A program made the position numbers and the translations under genes. Of a stretch of 64,000 bases of DNA, positions 42,101 through 54,901 are shown piece after piece. Where the stretch lies: positions 5,270,001 to 5,334,000 of the forward strand of contig JAYWIR010000001.1 in NCBI GenBank assembly GCA_036172245.1, given 5' to 3'. The notes beneath the pieces are model-generated. The model was not told where the DNA came from. It worked only from the letters and a program-made list of their open reading frames with translations, and made no database searches. Each line of letters starts with the position of its first letter. Within the stretch, counting starts at the first letter, position 1. The stretch is from Raillietiella orientalis (taxonomy: Eukaryota).

Positions 42101-45100
42101 ACTTTAATTCCTTGTCCATTTAATAGTTTAATTTCAAAAGTGTTGCACATTTCTCTTTTATCGAGTAATAGAAGCTGCGAGTAGTGCTTTCAGTAAACAC
42201 GTTTCCCGAATGCGTATCCATGGTCTTGTGTTCATTAGAATGAAATTCTTGTTTTCATTTTGTGTTGATCCAGAACTTTTAAAAGTTATTCACCACAGTG
42301 GGGATTTCCGTTCTAAGATTTAAAGTTTCATCATGTGATCAAGGTATTCTTGCACTCTGTGTGTTATTATACAATAAGGTCCAGTTTATTATCTTTGCTG
42401 CAGTGCAGAAACAACATTTACAGACGATAGGAAAGATTCATTGGAAGTGTACGGAGCGCATTGTATAGTGAACAGGTGAATAATTTCACACGCTGTTCAT
42501 CGTAAGAATTTTCTGTTTCGTACGATAAAATGATTCCGATTATTGTATTCTTTTACTTGTGGACGAGCAATAAAGTGGAGTTAGCATTTATGAGACAGTT
42601 TCAGATTTGCAGGCTGCTGAATTATGGTGCCATTAATGCCTATTCCCGATACAAGTTTAATTATTTAGAATGATGTGGACATTTCATGTCTCATCAAGAT
42701 TGACAGTTGTATATTATATATTATTTTTATTTTGGAGGGTATTCCCCATACATTACACAAGATTTTCGAGAGACAGCGTGTTAAGCGTCTGCATTTATCT
42801 TCATAAGTGTTGAAGTATGAATCTTCAGTGAGACGATTCTTTTAATAGTTGGTGCTTTAATAGAGAATTTGCAAATTATAGTTGTGACTCAAGTTTGCCT
42901 CTTTTGTCATTACGTAACTCGTTAATGTGCATTTCTTCATGATTTCATTGCATTAATTATCAACTCGAATTTCCTATACTCATACACTATTTGTATTCTG
43001 GAACACATTTTGTGTAAAAAGTGAATATTCTGGGTTCATCCTATAACCTCCCCAAAAGTTAGGATTCATGTAAAGTAAGCAAGTGCGTTTCTGGAACTGA
43101 GGTCTTCCTTTTGCAGAAGCCCACAAATAAAGTCCTGTACCGATTTCAACATTTATAACAGTGTACTGTGCTAATCATTATTTTACGCCACTTATTGAAG
43201 CGCAAAATAAAAGTATTTTCGTTTTAAGAGGCAGAAACAGCTATGTTTTGTGCATTAATATTATGGTAACGCAATTAATTTCTGCTTTACTTGTGATCAT
43301 GAGAATGATAGACAAGTTCTTATGTTCTGAAATGCATGATCTGCTATTTGGGATGTTCAAGTTGTACAAGAAAGCTGCAGATAAATTCCGAAGACGGATC
43401 ATGTAAATCATTCTAACCGTTACTAACGCTTTAATTTTCATGTATGTCGCCGGCTTTTCACCTCGGCGTGTGTGAACTGTTGCAACTCTGTGAAATTGAA
43501 ACATTTACGACTGTCCGTCCACCTTTCACCTTCACCAAATCAAAGAATTTTGCACACTTTCGTAGAATTAGAACCTCGATTTGTTTGCTGATTTTTCGAA
43601 TCGCGAGATCTTTGGATCCCACGTAAATCGGTAAAAAGGAATCATTCAGTGTTTTGACGCTGACTTCCACGCTTCGCAAAATACGGACAAAATAGTTTTC
43701 CTGACGAATTAAATTTCCGTGCTAGCATTTCCTGTCAGTAAGAGTGTTGAATACATTTCTTTCATTTTCATGACTCCGTAAGGTGATACATATCTTGTAG
43801 AAAGCCCTCGTTTAGATTAGAATTTTGTACGCATCCTCTGCATTCTTCAGTGGCATCGTTAGAATGCACATGATTGTCCTCTCGGCGTTAAATAGACTGA
43901 GAGATAACTTTCCGTGTGCAGGAGGAAAAAGTGTTCATAAAGATAAGAAAAATATGCAAAGCGTACACACAGTAAAGTGCGTTTCTCAGTTTATCCCGGA
44001 ATTCGTTTCACTCATTAATTCCCCTGTGTTCCCTCACTCTCACCCCAACTTATATAGATGGATCTTTCTTTGTCCTGCAAATACGCATACAGCTGGTAAT
44101 TCATTCACTATTCCACACTGGTGTCCAGTTTAAAGTTCAATCTCATCCACTGTAATTTTCCTCAGCTGAAATCGCATGAAGTTTTCCCATGCTCAACTGA
44201 TATTTTTTCCCAGGGAATAAACTTCTGATAGAATCCTGTATTTTGTCAGGCGTTCTCTTATTAGAATGGGTGTCACATGTTGGTGCCAATTTGTTTTGGG
44301 ACGGAAATTCTTTCTATCTTTATTGCTTTATTCCTCGTTTTTCCATCACTGTTCATCTCGCTGGAATTTCCTTGCAGAAGCTATTCTACAGTGTGTTCCC
44401 CCTTTCTCCTTTTCCCTTGCTGCATTTCAAGTAATTTCCGGAACAAAAATAATTCTTTGGGAAAAATTGAATCCGAGGAAATCCTGGGACCCCTCGCTAA
44501 CCTCGTATCTGGAATTCGAATGTGTCTGGTATGCTTCCAAGTTGTTCTAGAGGAATCAAATCGAAGTAATCACAACCTGTCTGTGACATGAGAATTTGCT
44601 CTCTGTGTGTGTTTCCGCATTCGCAGGAACCAGCATACTTCATCTTCAAGTTTGCATACACACGCAAAACATTCCCCTTAGTGTTTTTCTGGGTTTCCAT
44701 TTTTTTTTGTAATAAAGTTAATCTTTGTTAATTACTAATCTTTGCTGCAAAACAGAATTCCAAGGCTTGTTCCCGTTTTCTTCTGTCGGATCGAGTTGCA
44801 TCTTTCAGGAAGTAGATGTTTTCCGATTCCTAAGTGAGATCCATGTTAATCTGGTCACACCATATCTAATAGAGAATTGTGTTAGCTGAAGGAGGGACTC
44901 CTGTAAAAGTGTGTAAAAGCGTACATGCGATTTTCTGTGCATCCAATTAGGTTAAACTAATGAGGTATGTGCAACTGAAGTAAACGTATAATATCCTTAA
45001 AAACAACTATGGAATCAACATTTGTTTATAAAATTGCACTGTTCTTCAGTGCAATACATCATCTTCCAGGAGGGCGGAAAATATTGCAAGCTCCATGAGT

Positions 45101-48100
45101 TTACTTACCGGTGTTGAGCTCGGCAAGGGCTTGTAATCAGTGAATTTCTTGAAAGCACTGTATTGTCCTATGCCGTTTAGACCTTCAAAATACGCTAAAG
45201 TCGAGTATCGCATGTGATTTAGATGTCTCTGCAACACTTAACATTACTTACACCTAGCAAGTGTATCTTGAACCCTCTGCTTGCTACCAGTGATTTCAAT
45301 GAACTCGCTTAGAACGTGTTGTTATATATCGCATCCGAGTTGTCCGAGTGTCTTCTTTCCACAGTAGAGGATTGCAGCTTTTCAATGAAGCATCATTCAA
45401 ATGAGCGACGAGTGCATTTCGTTTTCTCGGGAGTAACATGTCCTCTGCTTGCATCTGCGGAACATCGTTAAGGTTCTTCCCGTGTTTTCTCAGGATGAAG
45501 ACAAAAAAATATATATACTTAAGGTCTCTTTGATTAAGGCTTGCAAGGTCTTATAAGTGAGAGCATAAACGGAAGAGTGCACAGATGGTCTCCTTTGCTG
45601 ATGTATGTCACTTGTAGGAACAGAGACAGATGCAGGAAAAAATTCGAAGGGTGCAGGGCTGATTTAATCTCATACAAGTGAAAGGTCACATTCATCAGAC
45701 AAGGAAATGCGACACCAGCTTGCGTTATAGTGGTTCTCAGACGATTAACGCCCCTTTGCACCAAAGTGGCTAACATGCGACTTAATAGAAACATTTTCAG
45801 TACTTTCAGAGTAAAACCGTTCTCGAGAACAACGAAATGAATCCTGTGTCAGCTTCGTTCTCTCTACATGCTTATTTACTTCGTATGTAGTTCACAAATG
45901 CATATTTTAACCTGTAAATGATGTAATAAATAGCGCACTGTTATCAAATAACCAGTCCATGGTCAGTAAATATTTTCACTTTCCTGGCTTGGGTCTCTCA
46001 GCTTTCCCATACGAACAACAGCTTAGATTTCTTCTTGCCTGTGTTATGGTAACTTCCATCCAACGCTTCGCAACCCGTTTTAATGCGTTTCCTTTCCGAA
46101 TGTCTTTCGGCATCGCGACGCCAAAGTACTTGCGTGCTTAAATTTGGGCGTATACGAATTTAAACTATAATCAAATCCATGTAATGTAAGTTTCCTTCCA
46201 CACCGGAGAAAGGGAAGAGAATTTCCTTTGCCTTGAACATTCGTGTGTATGCATTAGTTTTTTCCTTCCAATTTTACTCAGTAAAAATTTTATATGAAAT
46301 CCGGAGGAAACCTACATCTCTGGTGAGAACGCAGTCTCAGGGTAATCGGTTCTTCGTCATTCTCACTGCGACATGATGGGATTTTAATAACCGCAAGTTG
46401 AGAGAATCTCCACGTGTGCCACTTGATTTCTTCAGGAGACATTCTGAATCTGGTGTGAATACTTTGCGAGTTTTCCAGGCCGTATGGCAAAAAGTGCGAG
46501 ATCTGTTCAGCTCTCCAAGATTTTCCGTGACGGAATTAAATAAATCAGTAAGGAAGATTCATTTGTGTTTCTTTCTCTTCCTTCAATCCTTTCGCTCTGA
46601 GCATCCTGCTAAACTGGAAAGTAGTTTTGGCATTTTCGCTTTATGAAACTCTGAAAGGATTTTTTTTCTCGTTCAGCATCATGTTAAATGCATAACATTG
46701 GGAACTGGAGATAAAACGTGATGTATTGGTGATTGTGTTTTAGAGAGCCATTTGTCTCAATTGTACTATGCTACTTATGTATAACTGATTTTTCTGCTCG
46801 TTTTCCCAGGAATCAAAGTGTCGTAAAACTGCAGAAAAAGTGAAAATAAAAGACAGTAAAGTTCAGCATCCCTGCAACATGTAGGTGTACGTATATCTGA
46901 ACACAAAAGTTGGCAAGTGGGCTATTGCGGACATAAAACTTTTATCTACGAAAATTCAAAGAAAACTCTCTCGTAAAACCGAGCAAGCGAGAGTTAACAA
47001 AAATTGTTGTTTTGTATACTTCTACACTGACTTTTCCATCGGGGATTCTGCACGAGGGAAGAAGTTTCTTTTTTCTGTTTCCCAAATTCATTTGCTCTGC
47101 TTTGTTTTCCGGAGAAACGGAAAAGAAAATCGCATGTGCTGCACGCCGAAGAGCGTTCTCTGTGTGTGTATGAACCTCCTCCTACATGAGATCCAAGTGC
47201 TCCGTTTTGCTTCCTAATATCGGCGATGAGTCTGCTCTTCAAACACAAGTCTTTGATCTGAAGCAAAACAGTCTGATCAAAATAAGATGCACGTACCTGT
47301 GCTTTTCCGCCCAATGCACTTTACAAGATAAACTCTCTGGGCACCACTGGCGCGAATATTTTGCGAAGCAGTGCTGAAAGCAAAGAGAAAATCCGCCTGC
47401 TTTGTAACGAACAACCTATCAGATTCTTGCTTGGCTATCGATTACAGCGGCTGCGTTTTTTGCTACGCAATGATGCTTTCAGTTCGTCTTACATGCATTT
47501 TCGTGTACCTAGGAACTCTCTGTTCGTCTATTCTCTCTCTCTCTCTCTCATTCACTCCTCCATATTTTTTGCTTGTTTTGCGTGGTGAATGCGAACACTG
47601 CAACGGATCCTTCTCGCTTAGCACCAGAGTCCTTCATCTTGGAACGAATCAATCACTTTACACACATCCATCCCAATTCGTTTTCTCAGGTCTCCATGCA
47701 TGCCTCGAAAATACTGAAATTTCGTGCACACGTTCCGTGACTCTTTGGCGTAAACTGGAACTGTTCCTATGCGAGCTCGAGAGACGTTGGAAGGAAGCAG
47801 ACATAATTCCACAGTACATCGGTTTCGATGCATGTAGAAACCTCTTAAGGGAATTGCCTAAAAATGCAGTGGAAGAAAAGCAACATTGGCTCTGTGTAGG
47901 AATCAAAGATTGGTAGTAGCTACAACGTCAGTGTTTACAATTCTGCTATCACGCATCAGACTACGTAGACTAAACGCAAGAATCTACGAACCTCCGAAAA
48001 GAGTCCATCATTTCGGCAAGATGTGACTGCTCATTATAATTGCTGAGCTCCCTGCGCGAAGGCTTTAAGGTGCGCGGCAGGAATTTACGGTGGTGTTTCC

Positions 48101-50647
48101 TGACTCCGAAGCAAGCTTTCGTGGTTCTTGCTGCACTGGGGACCGTTCCTCCTACGTTAGGAACTTTTTAATTTTCAAAACGGAAACCTGGCACAAGTTC
48201 AGGTTCGAACCCAATCTTCCTACTAGTGCAACATTAAAAAGTCTGAGTTTGCAAGTCACTGTTAATGATCAAAGTTCGCCTAGGTATATTTTGGCAACCG
48301 CGAGCTTCATTATCTTCTGCTTGACAGATTTTTTTTTTTTTCCATGTGTGGCTACGAAGGTTACTTGAACTCAGAAGCTTTTGTGCTCGGGAAAGTCATA
48401 AGGTCTCGCACGTCAGTTTTAAAAACTCAATGCCCTGGAATAATCCGATTTCCGTTCCGAGTCATCTGAATCCAGATGACACAGAAGTGGCGCGCCTCTA
48501 AGAGTACGTGGTTTCCCCAGCCGTCTTTTGATTATTTTTGGTACCAAAGGCAGTCGCCATCAGCACAGGAAGTAAGAGATACTCTGCTTTCCGGTTCCTA
48601 ATACCACTACATTTCCTTCACTGAAACTATTTATCTACCGCAAAAGTTTTTTCTCTTTTTCCCCGTGTGGGCTCTTGTCTGTTCACGTGATCCTTTCTGT
48701 GTTCCCCACTGCAGATGTTTTTTTGTTCTGTTTTGTTTTGTTCCAGCTTGTTCTGTACCGAAATCCCGTTTAATTTCATCATTTCGGATCTGTAATTTTT
48801 GTTCCTGGCTGTTGCTTTCGGTTTTCTTAAACACATTCGTAGACTTGGAGTCCCCATTTAGAAGACATAGTTTAGTCAGTGGTATCACGAGTAATTTAAC
48901 TTCCATTAGTGATTGCATCGAATGCTACTTCCAGAAATCCTTCGGGTCTTCCTAAAAACCACGGGGTTCACTTTTTTGGGAAATGATAGGTGGAAGGTGT
49001 AGGGTGTTTGGTTATGAGATTGTATGTATCCTATGTAACGACCTCCACCTAATAATTCGTTGCTTACAAATGGCAGACGGATGAAACTCTCATCAACGGC
49101 AGCTCAGAATAACGTAATCTTCCGTTTTCAATTCAAAAAGGGAAAAGCAAACGGGTTAGCAAGAAGCAAACGAATTGCAAACTCCACAGCATGCAATACA
49201 AGTGGTTGCAGAGTTGTTCTGAAACCATGGCTTCTAACCTCCCAAGCTTCTATTCGAATCTTTTTTATTCAAGCTCTTGTTCCCAAGAGCTTTTACTTCC
49301 GCGGCTTCGGCAGCATTGCCTTCCTTCTTTTTACTAATCAGTGTCAAATTGCGGAGTGGACCGAAACGTTTCTTAAAGTTTCTTCTATTGTCCTGACGCA
49401 TCTGGCTCGGAGATTATCGGGTTAACTATAAACTTTGGGCAGGTACAGAAGAAGATGCAGACTCCCCTTGTCGCATGGTATACTTCGACGAAGGCACACT
49501 TTTTCTGAAACATCATGTACTTTAAAACGACTGCTTCAAAAAAATGTCACATTTCCAAAGTTCATGATGAATTGTTTCTTTGTCTGCCTGTGCTTGTGAT
49601 TTCAAAGTGCTAGTACTTTCGGATATTTTGAAAAGAATGCTTCAATCTTCTCGGATGCAGTGGGATGACGATTGGGGTTTTTCCTTGAGAGCCTTTTATA
49701 ACAAATTACGGTAGTGAGCGTTCAAATAATCACGACTATCCATCTTCTGACTACCTAAGCCATTCGAATGCGCTGATGATACGTAATGGAATATGAGTGA
49801 CTTTGCTTATCAAGGAGGCTGTGGCGTAATTTTCATCGATCTATATGAAATTCTATATTGTAATTGTAAGTTTCGTTTTGTGTTTTTGTGGGTAGCTCGG
49901 TTCTTGTAATTACGAGTTTTAATTGGATAAATCCAGCTGTGCTGATTCTGTTAAATATCCTCCGAGTACCAAACTTGTGTCACAGTTTATACCCAAATGT
50001 TCCCTTTCTTTGCTGCTTTCCCGATTCCTGTAGGAATTTTCCCCTTCGTCGTTATCGAAAGATAGAGAAAAGGTGTGTCTAAAAGAACCTGATATGGTGT
50101 ATCCAGAAAGAAATGCGAATCCAAAGACAAGGAGCCTTTGTCGGAGCACGGATCCATCAACGAGTTCACCATCTTTGTTTTTGTATCTGAGACGTCGTAT
50201 TGATTTTGCAATTAATGTTTGATAGGATATCGGATTTCCCAAACTGCCAGACCAGCTGGGATACGTCGTATCGCCAAACAAATTCAATCTGATAAATGTA
50301 TGGAACATAGGTAACGCGATTCTGGTAACAAATATCGCATCCGAAGACGCTGGTTCATTTCTTACACGATTTCGATGTATTTGACTGTTTAAGTGAATTA
50401 TTCAAGAATTGTTTTCGTGCAGTGAAAATAAAGAAATGACCCCGATGCGACTTTTGCAGTGAATGTGAATAGTATATCGGTATCTATTGACGAAGTTAAT
50501 CGTCACTGAGACCAAAGCATCGATGTTACACCTGAGAAATTTCTGATGTTTTAGCATCGATTTGATGCACATGCATGTTTCTGTGTATATATGCATACGT
50601 ACATGCACATGTGCTCATAGTTACTTATGTATGTGTTTATATTTAAG

Positions 50648-50706
50648 GTTCATTAATGCTAGAAGAAGGATTGTTCAGCCAATGATCGATCAGTCGAATA
50701 GAGCTG
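50648..50706 (+). CDS. hth: hth homeobox exon: helix 3 (W+FINARRRIVQPMIDQSNRA+G), 59 nt, phase 2-1
   Basis: Acceptor tttatatttaag|G and donor CTG|gtaagc; completes WFINARRR (Ile50, as in the Meis class). Confidence 0.97.
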
Positions 50707-50737
50707 GTAAGCATTTCAGTTGTTTTGAATAGCAGAG

Positions 50738-50793
50738 TTTTTCTTCTTCTTCCTCCTCCTCTTCTTCCTCCTCCTCCTTCTCCTCCTTCTTCC
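50738..50793. repeat. Pure pyrimidine (TTC/TCC)n tract
   Basis: 56 nt of only C and T, starting about 30 nt into the intron after the helix-3 exon. Confidence 0.9.
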
Positions 50794-51551
50794 GTGAGTA
50801 TGATTATTCCGAAAAGCAAATTTTGTTTTTCAGTTAGTGTTCTATATATTTCGTCTAATTTGCAATTAAAATAGCTGCTTGTATTCGACTTGGTTGGCGG
50901 TTATCGTAATTTATGTGTATTCAGTGAAGTTTATTATCACACTGTTCTGGGGGCTCCCAGAAATAAGATAACAATCCCAGACGTTGATCTCATTGGAAAG
51001 CAGTTTTCGATGTACCGTTTTAAACCAGAACGTACACTTCAAGTTCAGCATCACAGTACATACGAACGTACGTAGCACGTCATTTAGTAGATGACGGTGA
51101 AACCATTGTGTGGATTTCTATCCAAGCTCTTTGAGCGAGTTCCTTAGATTTTCATTGACCACGGATTCATCATGTCCAAGCTGCTGGAAGAGATTGGCGC
51201 GCATGTTTGCTTGCATCAGAGATGCAGGAGCAAACAGGCTCAGATGTATGCAACCGTGTTACTTCTCCTCGTGCTAAGGTCGAGGTTTTCGATTATTCGT
51301 TAGATACGAGAACATTTAATAAGCTCGCCAATCGATCCTGCCAGAGTCTCGCGTTTTTCCTTTTTTTTAAATTTATTCTTAAGAAATGCTAGAACTAGGC
51401 GATGGAAATCCTTCAATTTGAAACAACGAAATTCTCCTCCTCCTTTGGCTACGAACGGCGAGACTTGCGGCCGGAGGGATTTCTGCACACCGACAAACGC
51501 GCACGCGGAAATTCTACAGTTCGGTTCTGACATTTTAATATAGACTCATGT

Positions 51552-51553
<2 letters not shown>

Positions 51554-51582
<29 letters not shown>
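51554..51582. repeat. T29 homopolymer
   Basis: Read directly; the longest homopolymer I noticed in the window. Confidence 0.9.
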
Positions 51583-51584
<2 letters not shown>

Positions 51585-51993
51585 GATCAGTACATTAGCA
51601 GAATGTGTGCGTATTTGTAAGCACAGGGCGTGCCGTGATCCGACTTTTCCGTTCGAACTGTAAGGCACCTCGAGTATTATTTTTAGGAATAAGAATATGA
51701 ATTATTCAGGTTACTTTTGTTCGCGTGAATATGATTCATAAGAACTTATTCCAAGAATAGTGAATGGAAAACACCTGGGTTTGCTGAATCTCGCTGCTTT
51801 TCCTTCCTACACGCACGCCTGTATAGCAGAGTGGTAAATAGTAAATAGCTTTCTTGTTCTGGAATCATGCCCGAAGACATGTGAACATGAATGTTACTAA
51901 CGTATGACTTTTGTGCACGAATGTTTATTTGTATGCTTGAGCAAATTATCTTAGTTTCAACAAAAGAAAAAATGAAAGCAGAACTGTTTTTAG

Positions 51994-52077
51994 GTCCCAG
52001 TGGTGCGTATAGTCCTGAAGGCGCTGGAATGGGTTACATGATGGACAGTCAGCAACATATGTTACAAAGATCTCCAG
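51994..52077 (+). CDS. hth: hth post-homeodomain exon (GPSGAYSPEGAGMGYMMDSQQHMLQRSP+G), 84 nt, phase 1-1
   Basis: Acceptor ctgtttttag|GT and donor CAG|gtatac; the MGYMMDSQ-H-M motif is typical of Hth. Confidence 0.93.
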
Positions 52078-53509
52078 GTATACATTTTGATCTCTAGTTT
52101 GCTGTCCTTACACGTTTAGCGCAGCACGTCCTCAGCTAGCTTTCACAAGCTATAGTGGGCATGGAAACGAGGGTGCGCGATCCCGTGAACTTCTGTTCCC
52201 GAAGAGATTGGATGATGATGCCGGTCGTCTGCTTCCGAGCAGCTCGGGTTCGCGTTCTTGTAGGTTTCGCATCGTTCTGCACTCGGTCTTACACGTGTGC
52301 AGACGAGAAACCAGCTTCTCGGAAGCAACGTCCCCGACTTTCCCAAAGAGCTGTGAGAAAATTGTTGGGGAGTGCTGACTTGCTTTTAAATAATACCAGC
52401 AAGTTCATTTTCCAAAGTAATGAAAGCGGTTCCTTTTTTTTTTTTTTTAATTTATTGGCTACCCTATTTGATAAGCATGAAAAGCCTGGAAAGTACCCTT
52501 GGCAGGATTCATTGCGAAGTCTCCGTGGCTGGTTGCCTATCTCGACAAAGATCGGAACTTCTGCGCCTATTATGTGATTTTAAAAGCTACGAAAATTACG
52601 TTTTCTTTCCATAATTGAAACGTGTAATGATAATAATAGCTTCCTGTCATCTTGTTTATGTCTCGCTATCCAAAGATCTCCAGGAGTGAAATATCTGTGA
52701 ACCTAAAATGTGCTGAAGGCAAAGGAAATGGAAGTTATCAGGCCCGCTTCATTCGGTAAACACGTTGTTTACTGTACTCGCCTTCTGCTTATCAGGACGA
52801 GCTCTTTATTTGAGGTTTCCAGAATTCGTTTAAGTATTTTTTAGCAGCAGAAAATGAGACAGTTTCGTTCCGATGAAGCTTGACCAGAAAGGGTGCACTG
52901 AGAGAGGAGGGAACGAACAGACGAAACGGCGAGGAGGAATGCACACGGAGGTTTTTCTCTAAGGAGCAAAGAGGTCAAGAGAAACAGATCTCACGGAAAA
53001 GTTCAAGCAAATTGAATGTGAAAACAAGAATAAGAAGAACCCAAGGAATAAACGCATCCCGCTGCTTTCAGCAACGGGACCATATTTTTTGGCACGTTGT
53101 CATGGTTTGCAGGCATGCAAAATGAAAACTGTAGGCGATCCACATCAGGTCGATGCTATAAATCTTTCAGCCGTGAACAGTCACTGGTGACACCTGTCTC
53201 CGAGTTTCGCTACCTGGGGAGATAACTGCCAGGAACTTAAAAAAGATAAATCAAATTCTTAGAGCGACAAAAAGAAAAAAAAAAAGAAGGAAAAAAAAAA
53301 AAAAGCCTATATGGGAAGAGGAAAGAGTAATGGAAATTATTTTGCAGTGAATTCTGCCGAGCAGAACTTGTAGAGGCTCACTCCTCACTGCATGATTTTT
53401 CACTGCAATCACGATGCGAAATCGCGCTTCCAGACGTAAGGAAAACACTTCACCTGCACGAGAGTCGTCACCACATATGTGCAGGCACTGAAAAGGATCG
53501 AACGAATGA

Positions 53510-53520
53510 TTTGTTGTTGT

Positions 53521-53554
<34 letters not shown>
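53510..53554. repeat. (TTG)n-(GCT)10 trinucleotide repeat in the last intron
   Basis: (GCT)10 at 53525-53554, preceded by ttgttgttgttg. Confidence 0.9.
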
Positions 53555-54018
53555 AATGATGAGTATCAGAAAGACCGATCGTCGCTCTTTTGACCGCTGC
53601 ATGCCGGATTCTAGGTGACTCCGGAGCCTTTTCCCTGCGAGATCGATACCCGGATCTGCCACCAGCACGCTTTAAGGCAGGATCCGTTCTACGCGGCGGT
53701 CTCGAAACGTGCCCTGCCTTTCTACCGCAGCAGGAAGCGGGGAACTGCGATGCACGCATTCGCGTGTTTTATTTTCACTTTCAGTTGTGCAGCACTGCTG
53801 CATCTCGAGCGGGCTTTCCGTGGTGTCCTTGCTCCTCTGGGGGGAGGGGGAGGGGAGGGGCAGAACGGATGCCGAGCTCTGTGCATCCTGGTGCGCTCGA
53901 GACCGCAAAATCGCGCAACCGAGCAAGCGCACGATTCCTCCGTCCGCTGAAAGATGATGTGCTTCTCCGTGTGGTCGTATCCATTTCAGTTTCTAATGTG
54001 TTGTTTTGTTTCAATCAG

Positions 54019-54149
54019 GAATGGCAGCCGGCATGGGCATGGCAAGTGCTTACGGTGCCCATCAGATGCAATACGGGATGATGATGCCCCATCTTCCCAC
54101 TGCCTCAGGAACTTCTCCCTATGAGGGATACTATATGAATGCGACTTGA
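54019..54149 (+). CDS. hth: Probable hth terminal coding exon (GMAAGMGMASAYGAHQMQYGMMMPHLPTASGTSPYEGYYMNAT*), stop TGA at 54147-54149
   Basis: Strong acceptor ttgttttgtttcaatcag|GA in the required phase 1. The Gly/Met/Tyr/His-rich composition resembles Meis/Hth C-termini. This tail is poorly conserved, so the call is less certain. Confidence 0.75.
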
Positions 54150-54895
54150 GTCTCGAAAGATTTCGGGTTGAAACAGCTACGGGCTAACAGGGTGGATAAC
54201 CCACATGGAAACTTTAAATGTGTACCTCAGTTTCTCGTGTCGGCCAATGTTAGTCAAGAATGATTATTCCTCCCATCCCTTGTGTTCCACCTTTCATATG
54301 AAAAGTGTACGATACCAAGAAAAGATTCTGGATCTAGTGAAGGAAAAAAACAAAAAAAAATCATTTAATTCAGATTGTTTCATACGAATAGATACGAAAG
54401 TGATTGGATTCCCCTGTTTTTAACTGTTTGGTTATGGACGCCAATGTATACAGAGTGAATGTGCTAGGAATATGTCGAAGGTTCTTTCTTGTCATTCCCT
54501 CTACATGCATACGGTCATCATCTCGTCTTTACGCTCCCGATACACTGTGGCGGAAGAAATGGAGATGAGGTTCCCTCTCTCTTGCTCATGGCTGGAAACC
54601 GGCAGTACTCAAAAAAAAAAAAAAAAGGAAAGAAAGAAGAAGAAGAAGAAGCAAAAGCAATAGGCACCTTCTCTGTCTTCTTCATGGAGGGAAATTAGGG
54701 TTGATATTGCTGCGAATAACTTTCCTAAATAGAAACACGCACATACACGAGTATACGGAGTTTTCCGGAATCTTCCTCCATTTCTCTTTTTCAGTCGTTG
54801 CACGGTGAGCTCCTTTCTTTCGTTTGAAACCTGGAAAACACAAGGAAACCGAACATTCGGGAGATCGGACACATTCTTGTGCCACTTTTGTGTAA

Positions 54896-54901
54896 AATAA
54901 A
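54896..54901 (+). promoter_or_regulatory. Candidate polyadenylation signal for hth
   Basis: First AATAAA I found after the 54149 stop, with T/GT-rich sequence downstream. Further AATAAA hexamers occur at 55319, 55375, 56151 and 59413. Confidence 0.35.

Larger units (their letters stand above)
4168..54149 (+). other. hth: Gene span (5'-truncated) of a homothorax/Meis TALE homeobox transcription factor; 8 visible coding exons; introns of 502, 9165, 10042, 6661, 19505, 1287 and 1941 bp
   Basis: The spliced translation is continuous across seven GT-AG introns (phases 0,0,1,0,2,1,1) and matches hallmark Hth/Meis motifs ([103 protein letters not shown]). The linker ([25 protein letters not shown]) resembles arthropod Hth rather than vertebrate Meis. 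Confidence 0.97.

Noticed and set aside
51583..51622. 26-nt poison micro-exon after T29 (cag|TACATTAG...TTT|gtaagc)
   Set aside because: The acceptor strength comes only from an unstable homopolymer, and there is no other support.
51817..51870. tRNA/SINE-like A box (TAGCAGAGTGG) with a degenerate B box
   Set aside because: No cloverleaf, the B box is broken (gttctggaatc), and I saw no second copy in the window.
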